Shown one piece after another: positions 13,324 to 24,975 of a DNA stretch of 64,000 nucleotides (the first letter of the stretch is position 1; each line of letters opens with the position of its first letter). The notes beneath the pieces were generated by a model. That model worked only from the letters and a program-made list of their open reading frames with translations. It ran no database searches and had not been told where the DNA came from. Source of the DNA: Tubiluchus corallicola. Lineage: Eukaryota; Animalia; Priapulida. A program made the position numbers and the translations under genes. The stretch covers positions 1 through 64,000 of the forward strand of contig JAQGDQ010000012.1 in the NCBI GenBank assembly GCA_030141605.1. Reading direction: 5' to 3'.

Positions 13324-13732
13324 TGCTAAAGTTTATTATGTGACAATGCAGCATTATGTAATAAATCGCAAAATTCCTTATTATGTAACAAATTTTGCCT
13401 AACGATCATTTCGTTGCAATTTTTGCATCCTAATTTATGTGCTAAACTGAGCCCGCAACCAGAACCATATGTAGAACAAAAAGAAATTAACCTAGTCCAA
13501 TAATTACAGCAAATCCAAACCACAAAAGGCCTATCCACAGACCACGATAAGCACTGCATTAGTTTGTTACATAATGCATCATTTTGTTACATAATGATTG
13601 TTACGTAATTATGCAAAAAATTGTTACATATTGACGAATTTTGTGATTTGTTACATAATGCAGCATATTTCTGTTACACAATGCTGCATTTTATTACATA
13701 ACGATGCTTTTGTTATGTAATGAACCTTAACA
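13324..13732. mobile_element. Foldback-like MITE built from TTACATAATG-type subrepeats
   Basis: Left end TGCTAAAGTTTATTA is an inverted match to the right end TAATGAACCTTAACA. The left arm has CATTATGTAA units and the right arm TTACATAATG units. Confidence 0.55.
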
Positions 13733-15384
13733 TTGCTTAAATAACTTAATTGCTTAAGTACTGTGAACTGCGTTGTGATGACGGCAATAAGTTTTAGTCA
13801 CTATCGCAACGTCGCTTCAGCTCTGTATTTTTACAATTAAGTTGTTAGTAAAGCACAAAAGCATGACTTTTTTGTGCTTCTGACAGTTGCAACTCAGCCT
13901 TTTGTTCCGGGTATAAAAATTTAACATACACTTATCTAACGTCGTAATCTAGTCTGGGTAGCAAAAAAAGTATCCAATTAATTTGTTTAATCGCATACAT
14001 CTTATTAGCCACTTACATCTGATGTCTGTTTAATCAACTTTTATGCATGCTTAAATATTCCCGTTTTTTGTAAGTGGAGATGAATTTAATCGATTTAAGA
14101 GACGTATTCGCGTATTATAAACCTTATCAATTTATGTTTTTATTATTCATTTATTTTTCCAAGTTGATGAGTGATCTTGGCGGCATTTTGGGATTATGGA
14201 TTGGTTTGACCGTATTCTCCGTGATTGAAGTGTCTTATTTAATATCCCGACTATGAATATTTCTGTTTCGAACAAAGGTGGCAGCACGATCTAAGGCTAA
14301 AGTCGGAAATAAAAGCAAAACCACTTGGTGAACTCAGAACTGTCGGAGCGGAAATTCGCGCCATAGTAGCACAAAATTTTTCTCAACGTACTGTTTGAGC
14401 CCAATGGTCAATGCAAAAAATTGCACAGACTCGTTGTAATTTAAGTGTAAATTAAAAGCACAATGATAGTAAACAAATTAAGAAGCATGTTATTTTGGGG
14501 TATTCTTTAAATTCTAATACGTATGTAAAAACCAAACACCGCAACATTTATAATAAGGTGACAACATGATCGATCACTGTAATACTCGAATTTAGCAGCA
14601 AATTTCACGCTTCGTTACTCACAGTATAGTCTCTAATGCATGTCTTTTTCAGTGTAAGCGATAATATTTTTTTTATTTTGGTAATAGATATTTATTACAT
14701 CGGGTATGAACTTATTTAATCAGCTCATTAAATCTTTGTATTTTGCATAGCACTCCATTTTCATTTTTGTTTTTTCATCTTATTTATATTTCTTAAAAAG
14801 TAATATTATTATAATTTTGTTATTCCTAGATTCAGATAAACAGTACCAAATTGGTTTTATTATTATAAATATAAAATTTTTATTACAAACCAATGATTAA
14901 ACAGCTTAAAAAAACAGTGAGGTAATTGTTTCGTAGTGCTTGCAAAATGACCCGTATCATTACTAGCATATTATAAATATGATATGACACTACACACTTA
15001 TTCAGAAAAGGAATAATCACGAATTTCCAAACGTACTTATACAAGCGTATAGGTGCTTCAAATTTTTAATATAATAATGAAATAATCAAACGTTAAAATA
15101 TGAGATCCACATTTTTGTTGATTTAGGAAGTGCTGTTTGATAGAGGACACATCTAGGCTAGTAGGCCTATAATACGTTAATTGCGTTATTTTTGATTACA
15201 TAATTATGGCTAGGCCTATAGACTATGTACGTACGATATTAAATTGTGGTTTGAAGTAAACAAGCAAACTTGTATATATGTACATCTACTGACCTCCAGA
15301 ATTTCTCATATCAACACACTGCAAATCACACAGGACTGAAATTAGGCCTGACAATTATAGGCCTACCTATAATAAAAGCCAAGC

Positions 15385-15627
15385 TCATATTGTGTAATGA
15401 TTAGTTAGATTCATCCAGCCGCTGTAATAATCGAGACTGCGTGCAAAGCTTGTGGTTTGGCTTAACTGCACAACATCCGCAGTGGTTTCCAAATATCGCA
15501 TCTTGTAAACTTTTCCATCTTTATCTTTACTTCTTTTCTCTGCGGCGTATGTCAGGAGCCCAATAAAAGTGGCTGTCAAGCCGAATGCTCCTGTGTCGCC
15601 AATAAATTTCTCCAATAAACGTCGCAT
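15385..15627 (-). CDS. Candidate 80-aa microprotein with one hydrophobic segment (unknown function)
   Basis: ATG lies directly after a polypyrimidine/TTGCAG acceptor (15628). Upstream donor CGG|GTATGA at 15823. Locally GC-richer. Protein MRRLLEKFIGDTGAFGLTATFIGLLTYAAEKRSKDK...YYSGWMNLTNHYTI. Confidence 0.6.
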   Translation of the reverse strand: MRRLLEKFIGDTGAFGLTATFIGLLTYAAEKRSKDKDGKVYKMRYLETTADVVQLSQTTSFARSLDYYSGWMNLTNHYTI

Positions 15628-15829
15628 CTGCAAGTAAAAAAATAGGTTAATCAACACTGTGCCTTTTTCAAATTATTTGTTCTATTATCGGTCTCGGTAG
15701 TAACTTGATATAGATTGAGCTCTATTGCCTGAATTCTCTGGGTCGCAACAATAATATTTCACCAGTCTCTATTAAAGTTAAAAAATATCGACACAAATTC
15801 AGCTAATGATCGTTCTCTCATACCCGAAC

Positions 15830-15992
15830 TTTCACTTGTGTATGCTGTAATTCACTAGAAATCACTGCGCAGATTATAAAAAATGCTGGGATCAGTGCGT
15901 AGTTACAGAACTGGCTTCTCGCATACGTCATCAGTTTCCTATGATGTAACTAGCATCGATTACCTATCCCAGAATGCAGTATTTTTTCCAAG
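15830..15992. promoter_or_regulatory. Putative bidirectional promoter (microprotein / synaptogyrin)
   Basis: Divergent gene starts. ZNF143/Staf-like TACCTATCCCAGAATGCA at 15961-15978 (+), a looser ACTAC..TCCCAGCAT on (-) at ~15883-15902, and a CRE-like TACGTCA at 15924-15930. Confidence 0.5.
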
Positions 15993-18900
15993 ATGGACGC
16001 AGGTTCTGCTTATGGAGCAGGAAAAGCCGGCATTGGTTTTGACCCGCAAGTTTTTTTGAAAAAGCCTCAAGTTATTTTGCGGCTAGTATCATTGGTAAGA
16101 GTATGTTTCCTAGTTTATGGTTATATAATTGCCTTGCTACTTCTTTTTTCAACGCATTAATCTAGATGACGAATAAGTAGGCCTAGCTAGTGTAAACTGA
16201 CAATTGAGACATTCTTATGCTTATAAAATGTTTGGCTTTATATATTACGAACTAGCTAATTTTCTAGTAGTATTACTCGACCAAGTCTATCTTGCTGTTA
16301 GCCTTAGTTTAAGTAATTAATATTCTGGCTCACTACTCTGAGCTTTGTCTAAAAATGCTAATACTGTAGTGGTATTTATAATTTAAAAAAATTATACCAA
16401 TACATTCAATACTTTTGTATGAAACAAAGAAGTGTCCTCCCGTAGATTCGATAGTTGGCTTTACTGAGCAAGACATATTGAGCTTTTTGGATGTTTTCTC
16501 AGATTTCAGTCTCTTGTTCTTAGTATTGTTGTATGCAGTAATGCCAAATTTGGTTTGTAAAGTAATTGCAATAAACTTTTAATGCTGTTTTTTATAAAAA
16601 AATATTGATACCGTTTGATAGAGAGTAACTGTATTTCTGTAATATCAAAATCTTGTTTTAAGTTATCTCATATGCATTATCGCAAGTGGGGTGAAAAATA
16701 GTGCAAATCAGATAGGTCAGAGAAAATAGATTTCTCTCCGAGTTTATGGCATCCCTGTCCTTCAAATGTTTTGCTATTTGATTTGTTTAAGAAATTTTTA
16801 AGTTGTAAAGCCAAAAATTCGTTTTGGCCTACATCTAGACCATGGAAAAAGAACATGATGGCCAAAGTTCTGCGGAATCAAGATTTGTTGGATCCACAGA
16901 TCTGCAAAATATCAGTTCATAGGGCTGCAAAATGCACGGAGTTACCACAATTTCTAAATGCACGACGCAAATATGAGATGGTGTTTTTTCCTATACTTAA
17001 CAATGGCGGATTTAGGACAGAAAGAAGTCTCAGGGCCACTAGAATATTCACCTTATCCAGTAATTCATTTAATTAGCTAGTTACTTCTAACATTTAAGTG
17101 TGTCAAAGTTTTAACATTTAATTTAAACTTAAAGCTTAAAGTTAAACTTGCCCATTGTTGGATTCTATTTAACTAAACCATGATAAAATATTCAAAGATT
17201 AGAGTAGCCTGCACATTAACTTTTACAAATTACTTTAATAATTGCAAATACTTCACTGACTTACTGCCTTAATTACTTCTTAGTTACTTTGAATTTTGTG
17301 AAATTTCTGTGAATTCTGTACAATATGCTGTACGTGCTAGTACATGAGAACTAGGCACTGTGTATGGAATGTACGAACCCACTTGACACATTAATGAAAA
17401 CTTTGATAAACAGATGATTGCAAAACATAATTAGAATGGTCCATCCTGATTAATTAATTTTCAATAAGTGGACAATTAAATATTAAGTTAAGATCACAAA
17501 CACCTATGAATAAACTCCGTATTTCTGTTATTATTAAAAAATACAAGTTCGTAACTCTGCAAAGAACAGGACTCCGAAAATGTTTGCGGATTTTGATTAT
17601 CCAAATCTGCAGTCCGCACATCTCTAGTAATGACTCTTTAGTACTCCCATAATAAGATAAAAACTTATTATTTTTATGGTCCTTCTGTCATACAAATATA
17701 GTACATTTCAGGGCCAACCATCCTGGGCAAGCTAAATTTCGCCACTCTTATATCCAAGTAAACATGAGGGACACGCTGGTATATAGGCAAAAAACAAAAT
17801 TTTTCGGAAACTTGCATTATTGTTGTTAGAATATTTTTCCTTGACTTTACACCTGCAAATAATTTTTCAATATGTTGGATATCAGTTTTTTTCAGAAGGC
17901 CATTTTCTACTGGCAAAATTGCAAAAAAAATTTAACCTGTCTTGCATTACAGCCAATCGTGAATAGAATTTCATACGCTTCAGCTTACTGCAGTAAGTAT
18001 TCACATTCAGCGTCCAAAATTACTAGCAGCAAGAAGCCTAAGCTTATATTATATGCTGTAGCAGAATTTACATGCTTTGCTATATGACACCGATATATAC
18101 ACACATCCTGATACGAAAACGTGCAGTATGATTGTAACAGTCAGTTTTTCGTAAAGTTTTACAGTCGGATTATTTATTCCAAATGTTTTATTTACAAGTT
18201 TACATTTCTTCTTTACATCTGGAAGATAGTATGCACGTGATATCCCTGGCGATTGCCCGTGTCGCCAGTACCTTGAGCTGGTCCTGGCTTTAATGTACTG
18301 ATGTGGTGATAAACACTGCTGTGTAACATATGACTGCAAATTAGTTTTGCAGCTTTAAGCTCATCATAATTTAAAAATTAAATTGTTTAAGCCTAATGAA
18401 AAGCCTGTTGACTACCACTGACATAAGATCAGCTATCTTATTGTAAGTTCTTTTGCCACAACGTGTTTTACAACTGGCCTAGAGCATTTTTACTGAACAA
18501 AAGCAGTCCATAGTTGCTTAATTAGCCAGTAAATACAGCAAATCATTTCTTTTATATAAAACATATTTTTCTTTTTATGAACAAAATAATCTTAGGCAAA
18601 TGACAACAAAGTTGACAATATGCCTCAGATATTTACAGCATCTTTAATATAAAGCGTAAATAAATTATTTTTGACATCGAAAAGGATTATTGCTACAAAA
18701 ATCACCCCAACTGAAGAACTGCCCTCGGTGAGCAATGAGAGTGACAGTGCTTATCCAAAAAACTGGTCCTCAACTGAATATGCCGTTTTCTTACTTCTTA
18801 CTTGTTTTGAATAGACGCTTCTGTTTGTCTTATCATAAATCTGTAACATGAGTCTGCAAATATTAGTATATTGAGTACAGGTGTCAGTAGTTTTATTAAG

Positions 18901-21900
18901 TTCAAATGCTTTTACATTTATTACATCTAAATACTCATAATTTTGGGGGCAAATCTTTAGAAATAATTTTTTATGCTTTGTCTAATTTATTGTAAGTTGA
19001 TGTCATCCCACACTAATCAAGCCCCTGTCACAGCACTTTCATGTACTTGTGTGTTAACTATACATTTTGTAAGAACAGCTGTAGTCATGTAGTAATAACT
19101 ATTCTATAATTTTTGTGTAATTCGAAAATTAACTTGGAGATAACAAAAATTGTTTTACAAAGTTCACTTACAAAAAGTACAAAGTTTTTGCAATGAAGCA
19201 AAACAAGAGCCTGCAATGCTAGTACTAATTTGTTGATTTTCAGCTCAGACAACTGCTTATGGAAGTTGACATCTTGTTATTTTGCATTTCCTTTGCTTTT
19301 CGTGTTTTGATTAGACTACAAATCTATTGTAAAATTTTCTTTGTTTTCTTTGCGTTTCGTGCTGTACATTTACAGTTTTGTCTATCAACATTTGGCAGAC
19401 GTTATACAAAAAAGTGAAATGCACATTAAGAACTTTTGAATAAAGAAATTTCCACGTCTCGAAACCAAAATTTGGTAGGTGTCCAATTGTAATGATTTCT
19501 GCCACAGAGAATTTGCTTTAGCTGGCCTTTTCATCATAACAAATATCACAACTTAAATTGATGTACCACAGTCATTTAATCTGTCGTTTGGAGGCCAACT
19601 TCTTAATCGGTTTTCACTTTTTGCTGCTTCAAAATTTTTAAGCAGTAAAAACATTGCCGATATATTTTAATGTTCGAGAGAGAGAGGGAGAGAGAGAGAG
19701 AGAGAGAGAGTATGTGTATTGTTCATTTTCTCCATTTATTCTAGAAACTTAGTGTTTAGCTAGCAGTACTTAATAATTGTTAAGTGTCCTCGAATCCTGA
19801 GGGCCAGTGAGTGGTCATATTTCTGTAAACTGTGTCCCAGGCAACTGCTCTAGAGCTTATACAGCAGAGCAGTGTGACCAGGCAGAATGCCTTACACTGG
19901 ATTTCACATCTAGTTAGTAACATTGATTTGTGATGTTATATCCCTGGCACTACAGCCCTGATCAATAGCTTCAACCTGTTATCCCTCTTGGCTTGCTTCC
20001 ATTGATTTCAACCCAAACGGTAGAGCTGGGCGTTTGTGTGCAAGGCTACTCTATCAGGATCAGAATCAATTAACTGGGTCATCTTACATCCATTCACTCT
20101 CTTTGCGGCAGGGCAGAGCAACCAAGTGCCATCGTAAATGATGGAGGAGCTCTGTAATACTTCTAAAACCTACCAGATAGGCTTACCATTGTTTCATTCA
20201 TAGTATTTTAAATTACTAGGCTTATCAATACTTGAGTAACAAAATACAAAAAAGTGAACAAACCTGGTAGCGTAAGTATACTATTAGGCCTATTGCAAAC
20301 TAATCTATTGGGCAAGGGTAAGATTATTGCAGATGCACTGCAATGTTTAAAATCACTTATAAAACTTGCAGAACTTGCGTTAATTTTTTGTCAGTGATTC
20401 TATGCTGGCACTAGTGTCTGGTCAATGATGTATTTGCATTAAGTTAGCACTGTTGGTGACTCTGGATGACAACCAAGGGGCCCATCAAACCTATGAGCCC
20501 TCTGCAACTGCAAGTCTGTAGGTGTGCAGAAATGCACTAGTTACATTACTGAACAAACTATGTAGCTTGAGACAGCATTTGGTGTCAGACTGTTATTGTA
20601 CATTTTCACTTTCAGCTTCACTTATCTTTGTCATTTCACCGGCAACGTAATAAATTTTCAGGCAAACTGCAAAACCAAGGTTTTCTTTCTAGAAAATAGT
20701 CGTAAAGCAGGCAACGTTTGAGTAAACGCAAAATGCATCTAAATATATTGATTAACTGCAATATCAGCTGACAGACTGTACTGTAAATCTAGTAACTTTG
20801 TTGGCCTAATTTCCTAAAATTAAATTTTAACATCAGCTCTAATGTGAGCCAGAACTGTACTAAAGTTGATTTGCTTATCTTTAAATGGTCAGTGTGCATA
20901 CATAATCCTCTGTAATTCTGCATATATATCTGCATACAGGGTGAAGTCAACGTCCATACATTGACAGCCTAAGAATTACTGTAAAGCACAAGCATAAACA
21001 AAGAATTTTTCTTACCTTTATTGACATTTTCATGCTTCTGATGATAATTCTTGTGCAATTTTTATCTTGGCAGTGTTGTAATATGTAATCCTTTCATTTA
21101 ACTAATATGAAAAGCTTGGGAAAACTATTGCAAAATGCAAAGCATAGGCCAAAACTCCCTAATCTCAGATTATTGCTATGTACTGACACATTTACTGAAA
21201 CTTCATGAACTTACCTTGAAAAATGTGTTTACTCATAGATGTGTCATTAACCCTCAAACATTCGGTCTACATTCTGTGTAAATCATGTTGGATTATGTCT
21301 ACTAGTATTTTCTGTAGATATGGTCTTACATTGGGAATTTTGCATCGAGTTTTCTAAATCACATTTTTCTTGATTTTTATCAAAAATTAATATGATTGCT
21401 TTAAGCTAAAGCTAATTTGTAATGATATATATATATGTTAGTGCTGTGGTGTTTTTTTTAAATTTGGTATAAGCCAGAGTCTAGCACACAGTAGTAGGCC
21501 TAGTTAATTTGGCAGGAAGCTGTTTCATTATCAGGACTATATCAGGAGAAATAGCCATGGGCAATATTACAAATATTATTCAGAATGAGTAACGAGTAAT
21601 CATAGCAGTAGTCACCTACTCATCTACTGACCAGAAATTTATGCTTACTAGAAAAAAATTGCTTGATATCTGAGCTGTGGGTATATGTTGTCTGTTTTTA
21701 CAATAGTTCTTTGGGTGGTTCTAATTTTATTTGCTTGGTGCTCGAGTTGTCAGACTTAATTGCACTGTCATTTAGCATGTTTCCATATAAAACCCATGCA
21801 ATCATTTCCCAGAAGTTGTTTGCTCAGTGTATTTCTAAGGTGTTAAACCGTAACTTCTCGTTTACAATATTGATTTGTTAAATCTTGACAAACAAAACTA

Positions 21901-24538
21901 AGCAGAGTACTTTTATTTAATGGCGCTATTTTGTGTTCCTTGTTATAGGTCAACTGAATAAACAGAATACCAATTGAAAATAAGTTTTTGTGCTTTTTTC
22001 AAGAAAAAGGAGTGCGGTCAAATTTTGCAAACCATGCTCATTAGAATAATTTGCAACTTATTGAGTAATGGATGTTTAGATATTAAGCGTTTTCAAATAA
22101 CTATTTTTATTGTGAAAGATACAGTTAAAACAATTGACCTTTTTAACCTTTTATCATGGTGTTACACTGACTTACACACTGCCGTCTTAGATATGAAATA
22201 GCACTAATATGTGCCAGTTAGATTATTGCCAAAAACACAGGTACTACCAAAGCTACCATTTTTGCTCACAAGAACTTGCGAGAACTCCAGTCCTCTCTAA
22301 AGTTAACCTAGGAAAACCATGAAGCACTCTGCTCATGAATGTTACTTTTACTATTAATTATATGATAGGAGTTGTTGTCATTTAAACCCTAGAATCAGTT
22401 AGATGTCGACATGTCACACTTTTTTTTATAGATAATTAGAAGCAATAATTGTCGTAGTAGAGTATATCCCTTTGCCCCCCTTGGAAAAGTTGCACTGGAT
22501 GCCCTTGATAGTTTCCTGACAGGTCGCTAGTGTACATCATCATGTTTGACCTAAAATTAAAGTGCCCAATCTTTCAATTTAAAATAGAGTTGTGACCTTC
22601 GCTAGGTAAAATGTTAAAAGTCATTAATGATCATATTGCAAGATCTATGTTTAATTTGCCCATTCAATTAAATTAATGGGTGCTTTATTGCAAGGTGAAT
22701 TGTCTGTATGCATACTGTGAGAGCAAGAGAGCTTTTTGCCTGAAACCTTAACATACATACATACAAACCTTAACATAACATAAAAGACACATGAGCAACT
22801 AATCACATTATATAGGCCTGTGTAGAATTTCTAAATATGTACATGTACATTTTTTAACCTGAATTAATGTTTCACACTGTGTAGAAGCAAACAGACACAT
22901 TAATTATTATTGGATGATCATGTCTTCATTTTTTGCAGTTGTTCTCTATTGTTGTTTTTGGGTGCATATCATCTAAAGGCTGGTATACAGACCTAAATGG
23001 GAACTCATACTGCCAATATAATGGTGACCCAAATGCCTGTGGTTATGGAGTCGGGATTGGAGTCATAGCATTTCTCGCTCTTCTACTTTTCTTGGCCAGC
23101 GATGCTGCCTTTGATAACATTTCCAGTATCAAGACACGGAAGCACATAGTAATGGCAGACATGGGTTTTTCGGGTAGGCTTAATTGTGTGAAACAGAAGC
23201 TACATATACATTATACCTTACTGATGATATTCGATTTTATTGTATCATTAACTCATTATTATGTCAGTGTGCTACTTATAGTCCATTAGAGAAATTTTAT
23301 TAAATGGTGTCTGTAGATATTGGAGTATTGATTTGATTATAAATGTATTTCCTTTCTAGCTATAAAGTTTAGCTAATAAGAAAGTGAAACAGGATACCTT
23401 GACATGACGTATTTCCTTATTTTCCAGGCGTTTGGACATTTCTCTGGTTTGTAGGGTTTTGCTACCTAACAAATGCTTGGGCAAGAACTGACATTGAAAA
23501 TTTGCCTCGGAATGGCTATGGACGCAATAACGTGCAGGCGGCTATAACCTTCTCTTTCTTTTCTATATTTACTTGGGTAAGTCATCATGTAAGACTGACT
23601 AACATGATTGCCGCTGTAATGTAGGTTGATGTTTGACTTTAGCCTACTCATTTTAGTATTGTGACTTGAGAAGCACAAGGAATGAAATGCATGTTTAACA
23701 AATCAATGGATCATTAATCCCTATACCGAGTTAATCAATATTTTTTAAATAGTAAGTGTGTACACGGTATTTATGCAATATTGTATCGTTATTTGCAAAA
23801 GCTCTGCAATTCATGTGACGAATTGTAATGTAATCCATGGCACAATTAATCTCAAGTCAATGGACGCTAAAACAACAGATTTAGGAAACAACAGACAAAA
23901 TCAGGAGCTCAGAATGTCTGATCGGTAGTTTAAAATTTGTAGGAGAAGCATACCAAACCTGGCAGACCAATAGTTCAACATAAGTTGTTTGCAACTGTTT
24001 TCCATTGTTTCCCCTATGTTTTTGGGTTTTTCTACTTTTTTGAATTGTTGGGCTGCATGGAATTGATTAATTCAATATTATTTGGGTATTTGGTATCTAT
24101 TTATATAAATTTTTCATTGTGCCGTTTTTCTTATATTTTCACACCCCTTGGGAAAATACTTTCAAGCTAACTGGTATTCAGGTTTAATGCACCGCTTCTC
24201 CCCCCCCCCCCCCAGTCTGTTGATTCAAGGGTTAACTGGTCTTGAGAAACATGGTGTAAAATACAGCTACATTAATGTTGCTTACTTTTTAGGCTGGCAT
24301 AACTTTCTTTGCTGTTAAGCGGTTCCGTGAAGGAGTTAGTGCTTCTTTTATGCCTGGCTATGACCAAGAGGCATGGGGAGCACCAGGAGCTGGGGGTGCT
24401 GCTCCTTACTCAGCTTATCCTGGTGTGGGAGAGACACAGCCGCCGTATCAAGAGCCACCTTTCGGAAGCAAAGGCAGTGAGACAGGGGGTTTGGGTGGAG
24501 GAGGGGCCAACTTTGATTACCAACGACCAGCTTACTAA
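15993..24538 (+). CDS. SYNGR: Synaptogyrin (MARVEL-domain vesicle protein), 4 exons, 243 aa
   Basis: Exons 15993-16094, 22939-23173, 23428-23576, 24293-24538, all GT-AG and phase-compatible. Motifs AYGAGKAG..FDP..F.KKPQ, FSIVVFGCI, NACGYGVGIGV, WTFLWFVGFCYL, AAITFSFFSIFTW, and Tyr/Pro-rich tail YQEPPF...YQRPAY. Confidence 0.95.
19676..19710. repeat. (GA)n microsatellite
   Basis: Directly visible. Confidence 0.9.
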
Positions 24539-24819
24539 AGATAGGTGTGTTCTAGCAAATACAGTGTACCATATTGTATAGACGTTTATACAAACGCCTT
24601 TTTGCGCATTTCCCCGGAATCTTGTTACTCAGCAATAAGCTACAATGGTGTTGTAATTCCTCGTTAAATCAGATGCTACATTATCAGTGGCAGTGCATTG
24701 CATTGAGAAGACATACGGTAGAGTTCTAAGTCATGTTCTAAGCCAGTAAAGAGCTTTCATAGAATACTTTTTTTGACTTCGTCATTTTACTCTAAGATTA
24801 ACTTTTTTATTACTATGAA

Positions 24820-24821
24820 TT

Positions 24822-24865
<44 letters not shown>

Positions 24866-24926
24866 GCATGTATGTGTGTATATAATATAAGTATAATACA
24901 ACTCTATATTATATACTATACATATA

Positions 24927-24971
<45 letters not shown>

Positions 24972-24975
24972 ATGT
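24820..24975. repeat. (TA)n / (TG)n microsatellite pair in the probable synaptogyrin 3' UTR
   Basis: Two (TA)n runs, each followed by TG repeats. Confidence 0.9.

Larger units (their letters stand above)
10645..14330 (+). pseudogene. DEG/ENaC/ASIC-family channel remnant
   Basis: Exon relic ~11905-12040 reads [18 protein letters not shown] (in-frame TAG; donor reads ATAAGT instead of GTAAGT). TM2 relic ~14164-14330 reads LMSDLGGILGLWIGLTVFSVIE then TGA. A weaker Cys-rich relic lies at ~10645-10860 (YQNWLHCYRDC). Confidence 0.65.

Noticed and set aside
12023-14256. Stop-codon readthrough or selenocysteine in the ENaC-like exons
   Set aside because: Two different stops (TAG, TGA), a broken donor and missing exons fit pseudogenisation better. 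No SECIS seen.
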